A stretch of 63,656 nucleotides of DNA, counting the filler, from Choristocarpus tenellus KU-1152 (taxonomy: Eukaryota > Protista > Phaeophyceae): NCBI GenBank assembly GCA_964200185.2. It is 14 parts of 14 records of this genome, joined end to end, with 100 filler letters (N's around TTAATTAATTAA, not from the genome) between each part and the next. Parts side by side here need not be neighbours in the genome. Positions count along the whole stretch, not along the records: positions 1 to 2,874 come from CAXNAD020024021.1; positions 2,975 to 6,234 come from CAXNAD020021199.1; positions 6,335 to 9,679 come from CAXNAD020020666.1; positions 9,780 to 13,321 come from CAXNAD020019367.1; 10 more parts are not named here. The stretch is one strand, 5' to 3'. Within the stretch, counting starts at the first letter, position 1. The number at the start of each line of letters is the position of its first letter. This document shows, piece after piece, positions 1-12,150 of this stretch. Made by a program: the position numbers and the translations under genes. Under the pieces are notes generated by a model, which was not told the origin of the DNA, did not search any database, and saw only the letters and a list, made by a program, of their open reading frames with translations.

Positions 1-173
1 CATAATTCTTGACTGAGAGATCAATGACCTCAGCTACAACAGAATATATACATCGGTGCTTTGTAGCACAATCACGCCTATACATAACATAGACTATGCA
101 TATCACTCATTGGTGCTTCGCAACACCATGATTCCTCATTGCTAGTGGTCTACACATTTTACCTACATGTACG

Positions 174-2874
174 ATGCATTCGATTCAGGTTTCAACAATG
201 GCAACGGTAGCAAAGTTGACAAGAAACGTTGGCAACCTCCTGGTTCAGTCTGAAAGAGTCGGCAACAGAAATCATCTCGTCGTCCAGGCCGCTGTGCCCA
301 GCACACGGCCTCCAACTGGGCACGTACCAGCCGAAGTGGGTCAGGCTGCTATGCCCAGCACACGGACTCCGACTGAGCACGTACCAGTCGAAGTGGGTCC
401 TATGGAACCCACGTTGAAGGAAAATTTCCCTGAGAGGGAAAACAGTTTGGTTGTCAGAAGTAGGGTTAGCCGGAGATCCGGTTCTTTGGAGAGCTTGGGG
501 TCAGGCGCATATAGTGTTTGTTCTACGACAAAGAGATCAAGAACCCAACCACGAAACTATTGGACGAATCGGACTACCGGGACTGGCGGAGGCGTTTCAA
601 TCGTGCATTGCAGATATACCCACTGCTTGGGTGCGTTGACAAGTGAAAGACCAGTCGATCAAGAACGCTCCTACGAGGAACTTCTCTCGGACGACTTCAG
701 TGCGAATGATATCTGGATGGCCGAAGAGGCCTACCATGCACTTACTGTTGCTCTCGTCGCACCCACCACCAGGGCACTGTGCTATACGCACCAAAGCCCA
801 AGCGAGCCTTTCCGAGCAATAAATGATTGGTTCATGCCTAACACAGTGGGTAATAGCCAACATTTGTTCTGTGAGTTTTTCACTTCTAAGGTGGCGAAGG
901 GGGCGAATCCGATCCTGGCCTTAAACCACCTGGAAGAGGTACGGGGGAGGATGCTATCAATTGACCTGGTCATCTCGGACAAGCTGCTGCTCCTACAGTT
1001 CCTGAGTGCTCTCGGATCAGATTATGATACGGAGATATGCATGATGGCCTCGCAGAGAACACCATGTCGAGCAGACGAAGAGAAAACTGCTAGAGAGCGA
1101 TATGCTTCCCTTCATCAGGGGAAGGACTCAAAACACAAGGACAGTCATGAGAAGGTTGTTAACAGCTCACCACAAGGGAAGAGTCAGTCTCATCGCAACG
1201 GCCAAGGTCGCGGTGCCGAACATAAATTTAATGGTGGAAGAAAGAAAAATGGTTCTAATTCCAACCCATTATGTCCCGAGAAGATTCCTTGTGAGAGATC
1301 TGGAAAGCATGGACATGAGAAGACGGCTTGCCCAAACCGCATTTGCACCAAATGTGGTGGACGTGCCAAAGATGGTACAACATGTACTTCGATGTTCTTG
1401 ACTATGGTACAGTCTGGGAAGGAAGAGATGGAGACCGAGGCGAATCCTTCCCACATTACTGTGGAAAGTATCACCAGCTGCGGCGACAACAAGCGATACG
1501 CACTACTGGTCGCCACTGAGCACTCTCCGAGCAGCAATGCTCCAGGCAAGTGTGGGGAAAACGAATGTTTGGTGTCAAGTGCTGGAGTTGGCCGCGAGAG
1601 GGAAGAATGGATTTTGGACAGTGCGGCTTCATGTCACATGACAAATATGGTAAAATCCATGACAAAATTCAAGTCTTGTGTTGGAGACCAAAATTCCTTT
1701 TACATCGCTGGTCATGGTGATTTAACCATCTTGTTTCCGTCACGTGACAACAAGGAGGTAGAAATACTCCTTCAAAATGTCGCCCATGTCCCTGATCTTG
1801 GATTCAATCTTTTTTCTTGCCAAGCAGCAGCTGACAAGGGTGCGAAAGGCATTTTCACAGCCAGCACATTCTCGTTGCTAGATGGAATTCTTATCTTCAC
1901 AAGAGATCTGGTTGCTATTACACCCTCCATGGTCAACGCATATTGCCGCGACCAGGTCGAAATGCTGTAGTTGCTTTAAAGGCCACTATAGCCCCCTCGC
2001 TTGGACCCCACGCTCCCCACACTGACGTCGACATGAACCTCTTCCACCGCTCTTATGGCCACACATACGAGGCATCGCTCAAGTCCACCACCACTTCAAT
2101 AGGCATTACATTGGTGGGTGAGCTGGGGCCATGTGTGGGCTTCCCTATGAGCAAGGGCATACGGAAGGGCGTCCAGTCCAGCACGTCTACAAGGGCGGTA
2201 AGAAAGCTGGATCGGGTTTTTGTCGATCTAAGTGTGGGAAGAGGGCTACCCTTTCAATCGGTGGTAAGCAATACACCATGATAATCCGGAGCGATTATTC
2301 TCGTTTTGTTTGGTTGTATTTCCTTCGTGCTAAGTCGGATGCCACCGAAGTCTTCAAGAAGTACCTGGTCGATATCCGGGCAGATGGTACTCCCTCTCGG
2401 GTCATGTGTGTGCGATCTGATAACGGGGGGGAATTTTATGAGGGTGCTTTCGGTGCTCTTTGTCGTGATCGGGGGATAAGACAGGAGTTGACCCCTTCAG
2501 ACAGCCCTCAATTTATTGGGGTTGCTGAACGGATGCTGGGTATTATTGATGAAGCTTCATTAGCTGCCCACCTTCAAGCTCCACTACATTTTCCCTATGT
2601 CACCATCCCCATGACAGACTCCTTATGGACTGAAGCTCAACACTATGTTTGTGACTCGCTCAATCGCACATCAACCACGGCTAACCTAGGTTGTAAATCA
2701 CCATATGACATGCGGTATGGCACCCCTGCACCCCTGTTGACCTACCAATTACTTCAACCTGGTTTTTGTCGTCTTAGTAAAACCCGTAAGACTTTTCAAA
2801 AGGCTCAACAGTGTTTTTACCTGGGGCGGGAGATCAATCACCCCCGTGATGCGTACCGTGATCCTACTTCGACC
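174..2874 (+). mobile_element. Degenerate Ty1/copia LTR retrotransposon gag-pol (gag, Zn knuckles, protease, GAG-pre-integrase, integrase), frameshifted and cut by the contig end
   Basis: ORF 174-1970 has a gag-like region, degenerate knuckles CERSGKHGHEKTAC and CTKCGG, and the copia protease motif WILDSAASCHM. ORF 1943-2281 has HRSYGH...C..(F)..SKG and RVFVDLS. ORF 2131-2874 has IIRSDYSR, VRSDNGGEF and PQFIGVAER (integrase core). Integrase directly after protease is the copia order. At least two frameshifts are present. Confidence 0.93.
286..400 (+). repeat. In-frame ~57-bp tandem duplication in the gag N-terminus
   Basis: QAAVPSTRPPTGHVPAEVG followed by QAAMPSTRTPTEHVPVEVG; the duplication is also visible at DNA level. 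Confidence 0.85.
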
Positions 2875-2974
2875 NNNNNNNNNNNNNNNNNNNNNNNNNN
2901 NNNNNNNNNNNNNNNNNNTTAATTAATTAANNNNNNNNNNNNNNNNNNNNNNNNNNNNNNNNNNNNNNNNNNNN
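2875..2974. other. Artificial contig linker N44-TTAATTAATTAA-N44 (first of 13)
   Basis: The same 100-bp linker, with stops in all six frames, also occurs at 6235, 9680, 13322, 17880, 20511, 26490, 31705, 35833, 46180, 51354, 56158 and 60752. Confidence 0.98.
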
Positions 2975-3020
<46 letters not shown>

Positions 3021-3245
3021 GAGGTGGAGGGTCTTGGCTATGGAGGATGTTTCTGATTTATTCATGTGGACACACTGAAAAATCACTTTCTTTTATTACT
3101 GAGCTTGTTGTACCTGCTGAGATAGCTTGATGTGTTTATTGTTTATTGTTATTATTACTGTTATTATTATTTATTATTATTGTTTTTGTTACGCACGATT
3201 GTTCTTATTTTGCATCAAATTATTCTTGTATTTGTGTATTTTTAG

Positions 3246-4441
3246 ACCAGAGTGCCAAAGAAACGAAAGCGAGGTACTTACCTGTGGATTGGATTAAGAT
3301 TAAGATTAAGATTGGATTAAGCCAGGTACATCTTGGGGTAGTCTTTTATTTTTGATCTGTCCCCAGGCGTGGCTTCAAGTTGAAACAAACGACCCCTCTT
3401 GTTCTCGGTTGGAATGGAACTCAGTTCACACAGTATAATCATTTTTGTCTTACCCTATTTCTATTTATTTATTTATTTTAATATTTCTTTGTGCTATTCT
3501 AGTGATAAATAAAAATAATAATTAGAAAAATAATGATTATTGTTATTTTTATTGTTATTATTATTATTATTGGATGTGTGAGTGTGATGTGCCGTGTACC
3601 TATGCATATAGTGATTCATAAATGTATGTGCATATAGTGAATACTCATGTATGTATGTTCTTATGTTTTGGTATTTATAGAGTATCCGATTTAGTGAAAA
3701 ACATGAGCTCTACTAATGGAGCTATCCCCAACCCCCCAACTCTAACCCTAATCTTGAAATTGCTAATACATCAATACTACTAGTAATGCATCCCACTGCC
3801 CTGTGGTTCTACCTGACTAATGCACCAGGCAACTGGAATGGGGGAGACAGGCGAGGGGGAAGGGAAGGGGCCGGATGAGGAGGAAGAAGGGGTATTTAAC
3901 ATGGAAGACTGGGACTCGAAGCTTGGCGAAGTGCCCTTCTTGTGAGTTTTTGAAAGGGGCATGTGCCATAGCATGTCATATTGTAGGCTTAGCCTCTCTG
4001 GGAGGATAATTAACATAACATGTGTGCACTAGGACTTGTGTTTTTGTTTACGATACTAAAGGTGGGATGTGATCATTTTTTTAAAATTGTGATTGTTTTT
4101 TTTTCTCTTTTAAAATAATAATAATAATAAGGATGTATGTTTCTCACCCTTTGCCACGATGACTTATAGATGGTGCACGCGTGTTCCCGCTATTAGTATT
4201 CATTCAGTATATTCATTCATTATAGTTGTTCCTACAGATGATGCTCAGAGAATATGTGAGTACTTTTAAGTAACAAGTGGGACTAACGTTAATATTAATA
4301 TTAATATTAATACACATTTCTTTTTTACAACCAACGTATGTACGAAGCTTTAGTTCATTTTTTTTTAATGAAAAAATAATAATAATTTCCATACTACTAC
4401 TTCTAGATCACGCTCTCTATGACCTCTCTCAGAAAGCCAAA
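3246..4441 (+). CDS. Possible short internal exons of a hypothetical protein in an AT-rich contig
   Basis: AG/GT-bounded segments at 3246-3273, 3829-3941, 4238-4255 and 4407-4441. The last three join in frame as ...KTGTRSLAKCPS-YDAQRI-YHALYDLSQKAK. No family recognised. Confidence 0.3.
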
Positions 4442-6334
4442 GTATATATTTTTAATATATATAAACTATTTATGATGTATGAAGTATTTATGACTGTGTG
4501 AGTAAACATTTTTATTGTTGGTTTCTTTTCTTTAATAAAAAAGGGAGTGATACTTTACTAGTAATATCAACCCCTTTTGCTTTCTGTGGTACCATACTAC
4601 TATTATAATGTAGATCATTTACTAGTATCAACACACCAACACCGAGGTTTTGTGGGTACATCACCCTTCTGGTTCTGGTTCTGGTTCCGATCCCGGTCTG
4701 TCTCCTTGCTTTTTTTTCAGCTGTTGTTTCAAAAAATATATATGAAGGTATATATATATATATATATATATGTTTATTTTTAATTTGACATTCCTTGGAT
4801 TTTGTCTCTTCTCTTCAGTTGATTTTTTATTATTTTGATTTGTGCGACGCTAGCCCGCCCTTTTGATTGGCTCATTGATGCCTAAAAACTGAACTCTCTT
4901 TTGGAAAAAAAGGTTTTTGACCCTGGACATACCCGCCACTCCTTTGTTCAAGGACTCCCAGGGGGGAAACATTATTCCCCAGGTTCCCCTGTTCAATGTT
5001 CTCAACAAGTATGACGGGAAGTCCTGGACGGTGAGCAACGAGTTCATCTTAAAAAAAAAAAATTAATTATTATTTATTATTTATTTTATTATGTTTTATT
5101 GCGCTGATTCTACTCTGGGTTGGTTGACTTGTGTTTTTATTGTGTGTGAAAATAAGTGTAAGGGGGGGGGGAGAAATCGTTGAGGTTGGTAATCGAGAAT
5201 CATTTTTTTTTTTAATTAATTTTTATTTTATTTTATTTTATTTTAAAAGGATTTCTTATCCTATTTGGCGTTTGGGGGGTTAGATTCGATTCGATGGAGC
5301 GTGTTCAACCTCTCGCGTNNNNNNNNNNGTGTAGTTGTGTGGTTTGGTGGGGGTGGGGGGGGGGGGGAAGGGTTGCCCTTTTTTTTGTGCTTGTAAGTTC
5401 TTCTGATTCACGATGTTGATCGATAAGGACAAAAATAGTTGATTTAAATATATTTAAAATTCAGTGCGTGAGACAGGGTTAGGGTTAGGGTTAGGGTTTT
5501 GTTGATGGTATGATACGAATCTTTAAAAACCAAATGTTGACTGCTCTGATATAATGTGTTAAAAAAAAATCGTTGTACTTTGGAGAGTAAATGGATAGTG
5601 TTATTTATGCCACTGCATCACACCTCCTATTTCCGACTGGGATGAAATCAGAAATTTCCTGGAAAAGTTGGTGGGCCAAGCGGTAATTTCCGTAGTTTAG
5701 AATTATTTTTTGAAATTATTAGGCTGACTATTTTTTGTTTTAGAAAGGGTTTACATGAATACATTGATTACTTGGGAGGCAGGTTTGTCCCAGGAGGGGT
5801 TTGAGTGTGTCTGTGTGTTGTATTGTTCTGGTCAAAATTTAATTTGAAAAATCAAAGCAGTTGAAGTTTTTTTCTAAATTTATTATTATTATTATTATTG
5901 GTGTTTTTTTGGTGAAGGGTTACATCTTCCTACGTTTAATTTAATGGTATTGTATTGATTAGAAGTTGAGGCGTTTTTCGCGTTTTTTTTATTGATTTTA
6001 TTTTTTTAACTGAGTAGAAGAAAAACATTTAGAGATACTCTTGTGCTTCAAAACTTTTTTTTAATTATTTGCCAAAAACAATGTAGGCATTGAAATACTG
6101 AAACAATCGAGATCCACTTGTGTAAAAAAAAAAAACCCATAAAATTAAATGTAATTATTTATTTTTTTTTTATTATGTTTGAATTTTTTTTTAACAATAA
6201 AAAATATAAAAAAAATTTATTTTTTTTTTTTTTTNNNNNNNNNNNNNNNNNNNNNNNNNNNNNNNNNNNNNNNNNNNNTTAATTAATTAANNNNNNNNNN
6301 NNNNNNNNNNNNNNNNNNNNNNNNNNNNNNNNNN

Positions 6335-9300
6335 GTAGCTTTGCGACCTGGGTTGGGGGTGTACCCAGGGGCGATGCAGGTAGTGGGGCAGTGGTGGGGT
6401 CAAGAGGAGGCGGAGCAGCAGGGGCAGTGGGCCCTGTTGGACCCCCTGCTGCTGTGGGGGCAGGGGGTGTTGGGGATGTGGAAGAGAGGATGTCGACGTC
6501 TAGCTTTGACAGTCTTGATGTGAGGATGGATGATCAGGTTAGTACCAAGGTCATGACGTTTCTGTTGCTATGGTAGGCCTTTCCCTGGACTTAGAAAGCC
6601 TTCACCATTGTGACTGTAAGGACATGGTAGTTGAAGAAGTGGGCGTGCCTGCTCTTATGCTTGGTGTGGGCCAAGATTAGAATATGGGGACGTGGAGGTG
6701 TGTGTGTCACTCTTTTGGGTGAATCCAAGCACTGTTCCTTCTTGTGTGTCTTCTGGAAAGCTTGACCCCCTCCTCAACCTCTAGGGACACACTAGGTATA
6801 TGCTTTTGAGCATTGTAGATTCATTCTTGTTCAGCACATGCACAAAAAATAGTACTACTGTAGGAGATGTGATCGTTCTCAATTGCTGTTGTTGTTGGGG
6901 GGGTGGGGCTGATGGTTGACCCTTCTCAGCATGCACTTGAGTACTTTGGTGTAATTATTATTATTTTTCTTGTACTGTTCATCTTCATGTTTGTTAGTGA
7001 CGCACACATACACACACAGAGGACACAATAGTAATATCATCAACAAGAGGTTGATGCTGCTACATTCCGTTCTGCTTTTGTGTAGGTATAAATGACTAAG
7101 GGGAGCGCAGTGATGGGAAGCACATACCGCCTATGTCCAAGTTGAACCCCGAATCACTGTCTCTATACCTTTCCCCTCGAACAAACTCCCTCCACCCCAA
7201 CTTCCCACCCCATTCATTGCCAGGACATGGCTGACATGATGGACCTAGCCTGCCGTCCTTGGCGATTTCCTGGGCCACCCCCACTAGCACCTCCACTCTC
7301 CACTACAAACGCCATGTTGCGCCCTAAGAAACCCTTTGCCTCCGCCCATCATTATCAGCCCATGCCAAGAACAGTGTCTGGCTTCTACCCCACATCCGCC
7401 TTCCATGCCCCAGGAAACCTAGCACACCGTCCTTCTCACCCCGCTGCCTCCCCCCCTGCGGGTGTGGCTGGGGAGGGGGTGGGAGGGGGCGGCAGTAGTA
7501 CGACAGTGCCCTCGTCATCGATGGACAACAGCGGTATCCACCAGCATGGGCTCTCCTGGGATTGGCGCAATCAGCTCAGCCCTTCGCCTCCCAAGGTTAG
7601 CAGCACTGTTACCTCTTCCTCAACCACCATCGGTGGCGTTACAGGCGGTACCACTGATGTGTCTATTGCTGCGCCAAGCAATGTCAGCTCTGCTTCCCTT
7701 TCTTTCAAAGGCACCGAGGGTGGGGGGGTGAGGGATGGTAGAATTGGGAGCCTAAGCCACTGTGGTAGAAGGAGAGGAGGAGTTGGTGTGTTTTCCACCC
7801 CAGGGAGTTTCTTCATGGGCCAGGGACTGTTCAGCTGGACCCCGGCCCCTGATTTGGTTGTGCATTCCGGAGGTCTGCGAACCACATCTGCGCTTGGAGG
7901 AATTCCTGATGTGCCCAGTGGTGGTGTAGGGATTGGGGTCAAAACCTGCTCGTGGGCATGGGCGGAATCATCAAGGGAGGGAGGTCAGGTGGAGGGTTGG
8001 GGGAATGAGGTGGGTGTTGAGACTGGGAGGGTGGGGATGGGGGACGGGGGGGCACAGGAGGATGTGGGAGTGGGTGATGTGTCGGTGAAGGGTCTGGTGA
8101 AGGAAGTTGTAGGTTGTGAAGTGGAAAAGGTTGTCCCTGCGGAAACGGAGGCTAGGGTTATGCAGTGGGAGGATGAGGAGTTCAAAAAGCAGCAAGGTGA
8201 TGCTGTTGTGACTACAGTGGGTGAAACGGAGGAGGGATTGTCTGGTCAGACTGGAAATACTTCAGTTGAGGGAGAGGATTTGAGTGATGAGATTGGGGGT
8301 GCTCTGGAGTCAAATTTAGGTGCCCTGGAGCGGTTGAGCCATGTGGAAACTGGTGATGGTAGTGGTGACGGTGAAGATTGGAAGCGCTCGCCTTTGGGGT
8401 TTCAGGGGGTGCAGGGGGAAGACAAGGAGGATGGTTCCCCACTGTTGGAGGAAAAGCCTCTGCATGGTGATGACAGTGGCGATCAAGTTGGAGATAGGCA
8501 AAGTAAGTCTGGGGGTGTTGAACTGGGGCAGGGGGGACAACAGTCGGCAGTTCCAATGGTTCAGGATGGAGTGGGGGAGATGGGTCAGAAGATGGGGAAT
8601 GAGGTTGTAGCAAACTGGAAGGAAATGATGGAAGGCGTTGCCCAAGAGGATAGAGCTGCGAGCGATAAGGCATTTCTCCCTCTTGAAGATCTCGGCGATG
8701 TGAGGGATCAGGCGCCACAAATGGGGTCTTTTCATTCAAAGGACAAGTTTGGAGGGAGGAAGGAACCAACTCTTCCAGGAGGGACTGTGGAGGGTTCAAC
8801 TGATGTTGGTGAACCTAGTGGTGATCAAGATGGTGACACCAATGATAGGCCCTGCCCCAAGCATGTCAGTGCAGACTGTGTTTCAGTAGGGTGTCCGGGT
8901 GTTACCGACATTGTAGGGGATGAAGCTGAGAATGCAGAGTGTGGCATGTTGTGTGCAAGTGGGTTCAATAGCACAGGATCAGAGTCTAACGGCACTGCAG
9001 TTATTACCTCTAGTGTTGCTTCCTCTACTGTGACTGCTCCCGATGGTGCTGGCGACGATAGTGCTGGCCCTGTAGCGCCTCCACAAGACTTTCTGGTCGA
9101 TCCTCAAAATCGAGAGGAAAACACAGGTCTTCCTGGAACAAAGGAGGCGGTTGAACCATCCCTGGAAGTGACCATGACCAGTGAGACTGTGAAGAGCGAT
9201 ACGTCTGCTGAAGTTGGCGGGGGTGGAACAAGGGATTCTGTGTTGTCTCCCGGCAATGCTGGGAAAGTTGTTCTGCTTCTTGCATCAGGGGGATATGGGG

Positions 9301-9679
9301 TAGGCAAGGTTGAGCATGAGGACTTGGGTGAGGAGGTTGAGGAACGGGTAGAGAACGTGCTTTCATCTTCCAGTGAGAGGTGGACGGAAGAGGCAGATGA
9401 GGGCCTCAATGCCCATGTAAATGCCTCCGATGCAGTTCCCAATGCCACCGAATCTGTCTCAGCAATGAAAGCAACAGGTGGGTCAACAGCTGCCGCTTGT
9501 CGACCCCCTGCCTTTAGGTGTTGCTGCCCATGTCACAGATTGCCACCACAGGAGCACTACGTGCTGCCACAGAGCAATGCAGTGACGAAGGCTTCGGCGG
9601 AACAGGTCTCAACCCCCCCCCCCCCCCCCCCCGAAAAAAAAGGCACCCTGGGGGCCCATCCCGGGGGAGCCACACCCTC
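6335..9679 (+). CDS. Partial gene for a large low-complexity (Gly/Glu/Ser/Pro-rich, probably disordered) hypothetical protein
   Basis: Exon <6335-6537 (...DVRMDDQ|GTTAGT) splices in phase 0 to exon 7224->9679 (CAG|GAC ATG GCT), which is open for over 800 codons to the contig end. No domain recognised. Confidence 0.7.
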
Positions 9680-10639
9680 NNNNNNNNNNNNNNNNNNNNN
9701 NNNNNNNNNNNNNNNNNNNNNNNTTAATTAATTAANNNNNNNNNNNNNNNNNNNNNNNNNNNNNNNNNNNNNNNNNNNNCAATTAGACAGCCGCCACCCC
9801 CCCCAGATACTTTGAGTCACCACCTGATTTTGAATCGTTTATTTACACCCACTTCTTCCTATTTGTTCGAGTTGGTTATCTGTCTGGGTCTAACGGTATT
9901 GTGATTTTTGGTGCCTAATGGTTCATTTCTTGATATCTAAACCACCAATCTGATTCAAACTCAAACCGATAAAACGACGATACCAATCTCCTACAGTCAA
10001 GATCCGTACCCTAAGTCCAGACATTGTGACCAATATTGTGAATTATAATTTGATCCTTTTTGTGTTGGTTTTAGTGTGGTATGACTTGTTGCATTGCTAG
10101 TAGTGGCAATTAAACTTGGACAAAAAAACACAAAAAATGTATTTTTCTGCAGACAGAAGTTGAAGCCTAATGTTCTCCATTCCTGTCCCTATCTGTGCGT
10201 GTATGTGCAAAGTTTGACCATCGAAATAAGTGTACATTTATGTCTGTGGCTTCTCTGGGTATTTGCTGAACGTCAAACTGACCAAGAGGGAACTGTGATC
10301 TAATAATGAAAGCATCATCACAGGGCAGGCTCCTGCCAGGCAGCAAAAAAACGAGTCAAATTCTGGGCGAACCACCTCAGTAATGTAAAACAACTATTTG
10401 GTGGACTACACTAGTAGCTAGAAGGGAAGGGGAGGTGTCTGGTGATAGTAACAAATATCCACTCCTTTACACCTAGTGACAACTACTAGTCCGTGCGGAA
10501 ATAGGGTCGCAAGTTTAGTTGTCTGAAAATAGTAAAGGTTTGGAGTAGTACTTTGTAGGTCAAGTGGACAGAAATATGCAATTCTCTTGATGCATAGAGA
10601 CATGTCAACCTGCACGTCAAAATTGTTGATATTAGTGGT

Positions 10640-11230
10640 ATCAAATCACGGTCAGGCGACAGCTGTGAGGAACACCACCTTGGTAATGTGGTCTTTGTGC
10701 TGCACCTTACGGGCAGGAGAATCGTCGTCCTTGCAGATAAAAAACACTTCTCATCCACATGCACCAAGTCTTCAAAATGGCGGAAGTTCTTTGAGCCTCC
10801 AGGTCCCTTGCTGACCCAGTGCATTGGCTACCTCAGCAGTTGTAACCTGTGCTCCATCTGTAAGTAACGGCTTAAGACAGGTTGAGAGTAAAATTATCTT
10901 AGAGGGTACGGGTTTTACCCTGTTTGTCCGTTTTGGGCTTGGCTTCCCACGGATTTTATATACATTTTACTTAATCCAAAATCTTTCAGAGTTAGGGAAA
11001 ATGTATACGTTATGAAGAGGTGTGTCAGGAATAATGATATTGACACTTCCTAAAAAATACAATGCCCAAAATTACATCAAAATCGCCACATAGGATTTTG
11101 GCCCCCAGATGGACACGGCTCTACCCTCTAAGATAATTTGACTCTTGAGCACACCCTAAGACCAAGCTTCTTCATAATTTCATGCAGAGTGGACTACAGA
11201 ATGCCCTGCTGCGTTGCAAGGGAACGCTAC
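10640..11230 (-). pseudogene. Decayed Tc1/mariner (DD39D, plant/oomycete mariner-like) transposase fragment interrupted by a MITE
   Basis: The minus strand reads RSLATQQGIL*STLHEIMKKLGLRVCS[MITE]TCLKPLLTD/EHRLQLLR*PMHWV...FEDLVHVDEKCF...PARKVQHKDHITKVVFLTAVA*P*FD. This matches the conserved mariner motifs RSLA..GI..STL, KP.LT, VHIDEKWF and KVMFLAAVARPR. Confidence 0.85.
10886..11144. mobile_element. MITE family A (~260 bp, TIR GAGT.AA.TATCTTAGAGGGTA, 4-bp TTGA target duplication)
   Basis: Terminal inverted repeats; TTGA at 10882-10885 and 11145-11148; homologous copies at 21628-21889 and 30509-30773. Confidence 0.88.
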
Positions 11231-12150
11231 ATTGTGTATAATAACAATAATAATTATTATCATCATTATAATATTAAAAAATATATAATTATATCAGTAG
11301 TGATTTGTATTTTTCAAGATACCAATCACATACTTATTTTATCTTGTATGTTTCCAATTTACAGTTACTGTAACCAAAACGTCAACTCTCTACGTATATG
11401 TAGTACAAAATCTTACCGAATCGGACATAGCGATTGTTATAAACGTTCGAGTCGATAAGAAGTGATTCTTTAGTTAATTTTGATTACCACTAATCAAAAA
11501 TAAGTCTATATCCACTTTACACGCCCGTCAGGGTTTTTAAAATACTAAATCCACTAAAAACCGTTCTTAGTTTTTTTTTTAATACCAAGAACGCACTTTA
11601 GGGGTCTCACGTCTTTCCAATTCTCAGAAAACCTAAGAAGTCTTTCCAATTGGTACCCACTATTTAAATAAACCCTAAATCCGCTTTTTGGCGTCTTTAG
11701 GGTTTAAATAAACACTAGATAACATACAAAAAAGCGGATCTATGCTATTCGCAGTTACCGGTAATCATGTTTACCGTTGAGCACTCAGAACACGTGCGTT
11801 AGTGTTTTTCCAAAAGTAGAATGATATTCTAATCTTTACACCAACAAATGCAGATACAAACCACATCCTTCATTGATCTAATACGTTCGAAACGTACAAA
11901 ACGAAAAGGTCACAAAAATACAGACACTCTCTGTCCCAGTTCAATATGAAATCATATGCTGTTTGATATTCGTATTTTTGTAACGTAATTCTCATAAAAA
12001 ATGTGAAATCTGAGTTTTGAGGATCGACAGACTAGACGACATAACACAGCACCTCCCATCCCTCCGTCCTCATTTCAATTCATTCCCTTTCGTAGATACC
12101 ACGCAGACCTCTTACTTATCCATCCCCACCACACCCTCCCAATCTTTGTC

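Noticed and set aside
100-130. LTR end and primer-binding site (CA-T-TGGTGCTTCG) upstream of copia gag
   Set aside because: No second LTR on the contig and no tRNA match can be verified by eye.
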